Program-made: the position numbers and the translations under genes
Notes under the pieces: generated by a model
The model's database searches: none
What the model saw: the letters and a program-made list of their open reading frames with translations, nothing else
What the model was told of the DNA's origin: nothing
Assembly (NCBI GenBank): GCA_030390025.1
Contig: CM059432.1
Location: 18,168,001-18,232,000, forward strand
Direction: 5' to 3'
Length of the DNA: 64,000 nucleotides
Source: Squalus acanthias
Taxonomy: Eukaryota
Shown here: positions 58,476 to 64,000 of the stretch, piece by piece
Layout: each line of letters starts with the position of its first letter
How positions within the stretch are numbered: the first letter of the stretch is position 1

Positions 58476-61400
58476 ATGGCTGATCAGAGGCCCAGAGAGA
58501 GCGAGAGCTGGTTCAGCGACCAGGCTTTGCAGGCCCTGGTCGCGGCTGTGGAACGCCGACGGGCAGTGCTCTTCCCGGACACTGGCAAGAGGCATTGCCG
58601 CAGGACTTTAGGAGGATGTGGAGGGAGGTCGCCCAGGACGTGTCGGCCAGAAGTGTGGTCCCCAGAACTCTCACCCAGTGCCGGAGAAATTCAATGACCT
58701 CACTCGGGTGGCCAGGGTGAGTAGATGCTTCAAAAACCTCTACATCCCACCATCTCAACCTCACTCTGTGCACACACTGTATAAATCACCACATCCCCAA
58801 CACTCACCGATCAACTATGCCCACCTACTAAAAGTGACATGCACATCTTAAGGGGGTGGTTAAAAGTGGATAAATCCCCAGGCCCAGACGAGATGTATCC
58901 CAGGCTGCTGTGTGAGGCAAGGGGGGAGATTGCAGGGGCTCTGACACAAATTTTCAGAACCTCTCTGGCCACAGGGGAGGTGCCAGAGGACTGGAGAACA
59001 GCTAACGTTGTACCATTGTTCAAGAAGGGTAGTAGGGATAAACCAGGGAATTACAGGCCAGTGAGCCTAACATCAGTGGTAGGGAAATTATTGGAAAAAA
59101 TTCTGAGGGACAGAATTAGTCTCCACTTGGAGAGGCAAGGATTAATCAAGGATAGTCAGCATGGCTTTGTCAGGGGGAGATCATGTCTGACCAATTTGAT
59201 TGAATTTTTCGAGGGGGTGACTAGGTGTGTGGATGAGGGTAGTGCAGTTGATGTGGTCTACATGGACTTCAGAAAGGCTTTTGACAAAGTCCCGCATGGG
59301 AGACTGGTCAAGAAGGTAAGAGCCCATGGGATCCAGGGCAACTTGGCACATTGGATCCAAAATTGGCTTCGTGGCAGGAGGCAGAGGGTGATGGTCGAAG
59401 GTTGTTTTTGTGACTGGAAGCCTGTGTCCAGTGGTGTACCGCAAGGATTGGTGCTGGGTCCTTTGCTGTTTGTAGTGTACATTAATGATTTAGATATGAA
59501 TGTAGGAGGTATGATCAGTAGGTTCGTAGATGACACGAAAATTGGTGGAGTGGTAAATAGCGAGGAGGGAAGCCTCAGGCTACAGGACGATATAGACGGG
59601 TTGGTCAGATGGGCAGAACAGTGGCAAATGGAATTTAACCCTGAAAAGTGTGAGGTGATGCATTTTGGGAGGACTAACAAGGCAAGGGAATACACAATGA
59701 ATGGTGGGACCCTAGGAAGGACAGAGGATCAGAGGGACCTTGGTGTGCATGTACATAGATCCCTGAAGGCAGCAGGACAGGTAGATAAGGTGGTTAAAAA
59801 GGCATATGGAATACTTGCCTTCATTAGCCGAGGCATAGAATATAAAAGCAGGGAGGTTATGATGGAGCTGTACAAAACGCTAGTTAGGCCACAGCTGGAA
59901 TACTGTGTGCAGTTCTGGTCGCCACACTATAGGAAGGATGTGATTGCATTGGAGAGGGTGCAGAGGAGATTCACCAGGATGTTACCTGGGCTGGAGCACT
60001 TCAGCTATGAAGAGAGACTGGACAGGCTGGGGTTGCTTTCCTTAGAGCAGAGAAAGCTGAGGGGGGACCTGATTGAGGTGTACAAAATTATGAGGGACAT
60101 AGATAGGGTAGATAGAAAGGAACTTTTCCCCTTAGTAGAGGGGTCAATAACCAGGGGGCATAGTTTCAAGGTAAGGGGCAGGAGGTTTAGAGGGGATTTG
60201 AGGAAAAACTTTTTCACCCAGAGGGTGGTTGGAATCTGGAACTCACTGCCTGAAAGGGTGATAGAGGCAGGAACCCTCACAACATTCAAGAAGTATTTAG
60301 ATGTGCACTTGAAACACCATAGCATACAAGGCTACGGACCAAGTGCTGGAAAATGGGATTAGAATAGACAGGGCTTGATGGCCGGCGCTGACACGATGGG
60401 CCGAAGGGCCTCTTTCTGTGCTGTATAACTCTATGACTCGATGACTCTATCTCATGCCTTGCATACATTAACAGCGATTCAACTATGGTAGGCACATCTG
60501 CCAAACACGTGGCTGCACACTCACTCACACGCTTTCCTTTTTCTTGGAGGCCAAGCTTGCTCACAACAGGAGGGAGCAGCTATGAACAGAAGGAGGTGAG
60601 GCGGACCTGGAGGAGCGAGTGGTCCGCATCATTGGGGCCCAGGTCGTGGGCGCTGTGGCCGTTGGAGACTTCGACGCCCTTGGGGAACAACAACGGTATG
60701 TTCATCTCCCTCTTCTCGCATAACACCTCCCCTTCACACCACAAGCCTTTCCCACTTTCCATCTAAGTGTACTGTCTCCATTCCTTGCTCCCTTCCTGCC
60801 CCCCTCCCCTGACCTTAACCCCACTCTTGTGCCTTTATGCTTTCAGATAATCAGCCAACAGCTGGCCAGCCTGTCCCTCAGCCTCCCAGTGGCAGCGACG
60901 CGGGAGAGGAGGATGAAGAACAAGCCAGAGCCTCACTGCCTTTGTCTCCCGAGGGCGAGATGTCCAATAATGGGGCGACACGGTCGCTGGAGGGGAGCCT
61001 AGTAGATGGGTCTGATGTGGGTGAAGCTCCGGGACCCAGCGGGCTGCAGCAATGCCATGGGGAAAGGGAATCTCGGGGGCCATCTCCCCGGAGCGTGAGT
61101 GCGTGCGCGAGTTCTGCTGCACAGGACTCAGATGAGGACCTCGATGTGGAGGCGTTGACCAGACGGGCGATGGGCATGCACACCGAGCTCATGGGAGCAA
61201 TGGCAAGGGTGCCCAAGAGCATGAATGCACTGGCAAGGAGCGTGGAGGAATTCGCCTCTAACATTGCACTCAGCTCTGCTCACACCATCGAGCCCATCCT
61301 TGGCACTTTACAGAGGATGGTCGACTCGCAGAGGGAACATGGGGAACCAGACCTTATGCCGCGTGTCATGGGTGAGGTGGCAGCAGCTATTGCAGCACAG

Positions 61401-61964
61401 GCCGAAGCAACGCAACGGCTTAGTGCTGTAATGGAGTCAGTGGTTGCTGGCATGCAATCTCAGACTGCTCTCATGCAGTCTCAGATTGATGCCACGCAAG
61501 CGCTGACTGCTGCCATCCTCGCTGGGTCAACCACAATCCACCGGGGATCTGACGGTGCCGCAGCAGGTCAGCAATCTGTGTTCGAGCAGATTGCTTCAAA
61601 TGCTGAGGTTCTGCCCCGGGGGAGTGGCAGTGTTTCGGTCGAGCGGGAAGGTGCTGTCCTCTCTCAGGATGACAGCATTCCTGCTCCCACCACTGCCACT
61701 CCGCCATTGCACTTGCCGCAGCCTGTAACCCAGCCAGCCCAGACTGCTGCCGCCCATGCTGAGTTGGTGCAGTCTGCAGCCGGGCCCTCCAGGCCCAGAG
61801 CTGGTCGAGGGCCTCCTGCAAGGCCATCTGCAGTCTCTGGCTCCCAGACTCAGCAGCCTTCCACCAGCCTTGCTGCAGCCACTGGGGCCACATTACGGAG
61901 GAGCAGTAGGGTTGGGAGAGGGGAGCTCAAAAGGGGAGGTAAATCATTAAAGAAGGGGGAGTAA
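58476..61964 (+). pseudogene. Harbinger Myb/SANT-like gene, copy 3 (exons 58476-58716, 60550-60695, 60847-61964)
   Basis: Same splice sites as copy 2. Exon 3 is fully open, exons 1 and 2 carry indels, and a CR1 lies in intron 1. Confidence 0.88.
58856..60450 (+). mobile_element. CR1 LINE, 5'-truncated, with an open ~500-aa RT frame
   Basis: ORF 58839-60362 (KSPGPD...RFVDD...RPQLEYC) and a (TATGACTC) tail. Confidence 0.95.
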
Positions 61965-62297
61965 AGAATACTTTATTAGCAAATGGGGGTAATGTATGTT
62001 AATAAATTGATGTGTTTGTAAATATATTGTTGTGTTTGTGAACAAATAGTTATGCTTGTAAATAAATATTTGTGTTTGGTAACAAATAGTTCCGTTTGAC
62101 AAGAAAGAGTTGTGTTTGTTGATAAATGGTTGTGTTTGTTTATGAATAGTTGTGTTTCATAAGAGAGAGTTGCGTTCAATAATAAATTGTTAATTTGACG
62201 TTGGATATTTTGTGATGTTTCTCATTTGAACTTTGCCCGGTGATAGGGGCTGCGAGCTGGATGTAATGATATGGCTGTGCTGTGCAAACGCCATGTG

Positions 62298-63462
62298 CTA
62301 TATCATTGATTGGAAGCGCTGTCTAATGAGGCGCTCACGCACGGCCCTTGCAGAAGCATGATTGAGTGCCTCCCTCCTCTGTTGCTGCTGCTCCTCCTCC
62401 TCCTCTTCATCCTCCTCCTCCACCTCCTCCTCCTCCTGAGGTGGACCTGTAATCCCTGGTGGCAATGGCTGGGCCCTCAGAATGGCCAGGTTGTGCAGCA
62501 TGCAGCACACAACAATGAAAATGGAGACTCGATCAGAGGAGCACTGCGGGGCTCCTCCAGAGCGATCAAAGCAGCGGAACCATTGCTTTAGCACTCCGTT
62601 AGTGTGTTCGATCAGGTTCCTGGTGGCGCTATGGCTGTCATTGTATGTGTGCTGAGCAGGAGTGTTGGGGTTGTGGAGGGGTGTCATCAGCCAGGTGGCG
62701 AGTGGATAACCCTTGTCCCCGAACAGCCAGCCGTGAGCTTCATGTGGTGGGTGGAACAGTGCTGGGACACCGGTCTGTCGCAGGATGAATGCATCGTGGC
62801 TGCTGCCAGGATAGTGGGCATTGATGGCAAGGATGCGCTGTCTGTGGTCGCACACCAACTGAACGTTCAGAGAGTGGTAGCCTTTGCAGGTTGCGGAGCA
62901 CCTCTGCATTGTGATGAGGTGCCCGTAATGCCACGTGGGTGCAGTCAATGGTGCCCTGAACCATGGGGAAGCCGCTATCCTTGCAAAGCCACATGAGAGT
63001 TCATCCTGTTTCTCTCTGGTCATGGGGAATGAGATGTACTCCCTTCTCCTTCTGTAGAGAATGTCTTTTACCTCCCGGATGCAGCAATGGATAGCAAACT
63101 GCGAAATCTTTGCAATATCTCCTGGAAGAAGCCGTTGGCGTAGAATTTGAAAGAGACTGTGATCTTAACTGCCACTGAGAGAGACATCCTGGTCCTGAGC
63201 TGAGGCTGGAGGTCTGGCTGCAGGAGGTGGCAGAGCTCTGTGACCACCTCTTTGCTGAAGTAGAGCCTTCTAAGGCACTTCTCCTCTGAGAGATGAATGT
63301 AGGAGAAGTGCTCCCGGAAAACCCTGGGAGGGTCAGGCCTCCTGTTGCGACGTCTGTCGGCCCTCTCCTACCCCTGGCCACATTTGGCAATCTCTGTCTC
63401 TGCATCCGCTGCCTCCGACGTAGTTGCCGGGGGGCAAGGTGGAGCGCCAGTACAGCCCCCAT
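62298..63462 (-). pseudogene. Harbinger DDE transposase, copy 3, frameshifted
   Basis: MGAVLAL start as in copy 1; QGTIDCTHV, KGYHSLNVQLVCD, SHDAFIL, GDKGYP, IEHTNGVLK, CCMLHNL. Confidence 0.92.
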
Positions 63463-64000
63463 AAATGAGAGAAAAGAGGACGTAGAAATGTTCAGAGCAA
63501 TACAAGTGAAGAAACTGTTAGAGCAGCAACAAAGCAGAAATGGAGAAAACGTGAACGCAGCTAAAACGCTATCTGGCAAGGCAGCAATGAATCTGACCTC
63601 CCAATGAACTGGTAAGTGATCCCTTTAAATAGCGCCCCATGAGCGGCAATCCCAGGTATCAACGCCTGCTATGTCTGTTGTTCTCAGCGCCAGGCGGTAA
63701 GTCAGGGGAAGCGACTGAATTTCGCATCCGGGGCGCTAACGGGGCATTGCACATTCATTGACGTCATGGTCTGAGTGGCGCTAGAGGGCCAGGCGTTAAG
63801 TGTTTGCGCCGGCGCTAAATGTCGACCAAATTTCGCGGGTGGCGTTGGAATCGTTGCGCTCGGACAATAAGTCCTTAGCGCCCCTACCCCTTTAAAGTCT
63901 TTTTTAATGGTGTGTTTTATGATTTTGCAAATGATTTTTAAAAAAATGATCCTCGCTGAGTCCTGCACTGTATTTTGTGTTCTTTCGATGCATTTTTAGG

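Larger units (their letters stand above)
58125..63890 (-). mobile_element. PIF/Harbinger transposon copy 3 (same family as copy 1, opposite orientation)
   Basis: Left end GGTGGAAACATTCGGTATCGAC matches the reverse complement of the 3583 end. Myb-like gene on +, transposase on -. Right TIR not clearly preserved. Confidence 0.88.

Noticed and set aside
1..64000. CRISPR arrays, operons, or bacterial defence/retron systems
   Set aside because: No regularly spaced repeats; all reverse transcriptases are eukaryotic non-LTR or Penelope types; spliceosomal introns are present.

Overview
Eukaryotic (vertebrate) DNA, most likely from a cartilaginous fish. The evidence is a Deu-domain SacSINE1-like SINE, abundant CR1 LINEs with short tandem-repeat tails and Penelope-type 3' ends. 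I cannot support any host protein-coding exon, so this is probably intergenic DNA or a large intron, made almost entirely of nested transposable elements. It contains three decayed two-gene PIF/Harbinger transposons (DDE transposase convergent with a 3-exon Myb/SANT-like gene) and at least eight Harbinger-type MITEs. It also has many 5'-truncated CR1 copies, RTE, L2 and Vingi/Ingi-like fragments, Penelope elements with minimal hammerhead-ribozyme motifs, and three ~1.65 kb solo LTRs with 4-bp TSDs. The most unusual item is a ~3.2 kb LINE family (two full-length copies, one truncated copy and one SINE-like deletion derivative). It starts with a tRNA-type Pol III A-box/B-box head, has no ORF1, shows no in-frame ATG, and its copies share no TTTT terminator on the sense strand, making it a candidate Pol III-transcribed autonomous retrotransposon. 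Family names come from recognised motifs, not database searches, and boundaries marked ~ are approximate.
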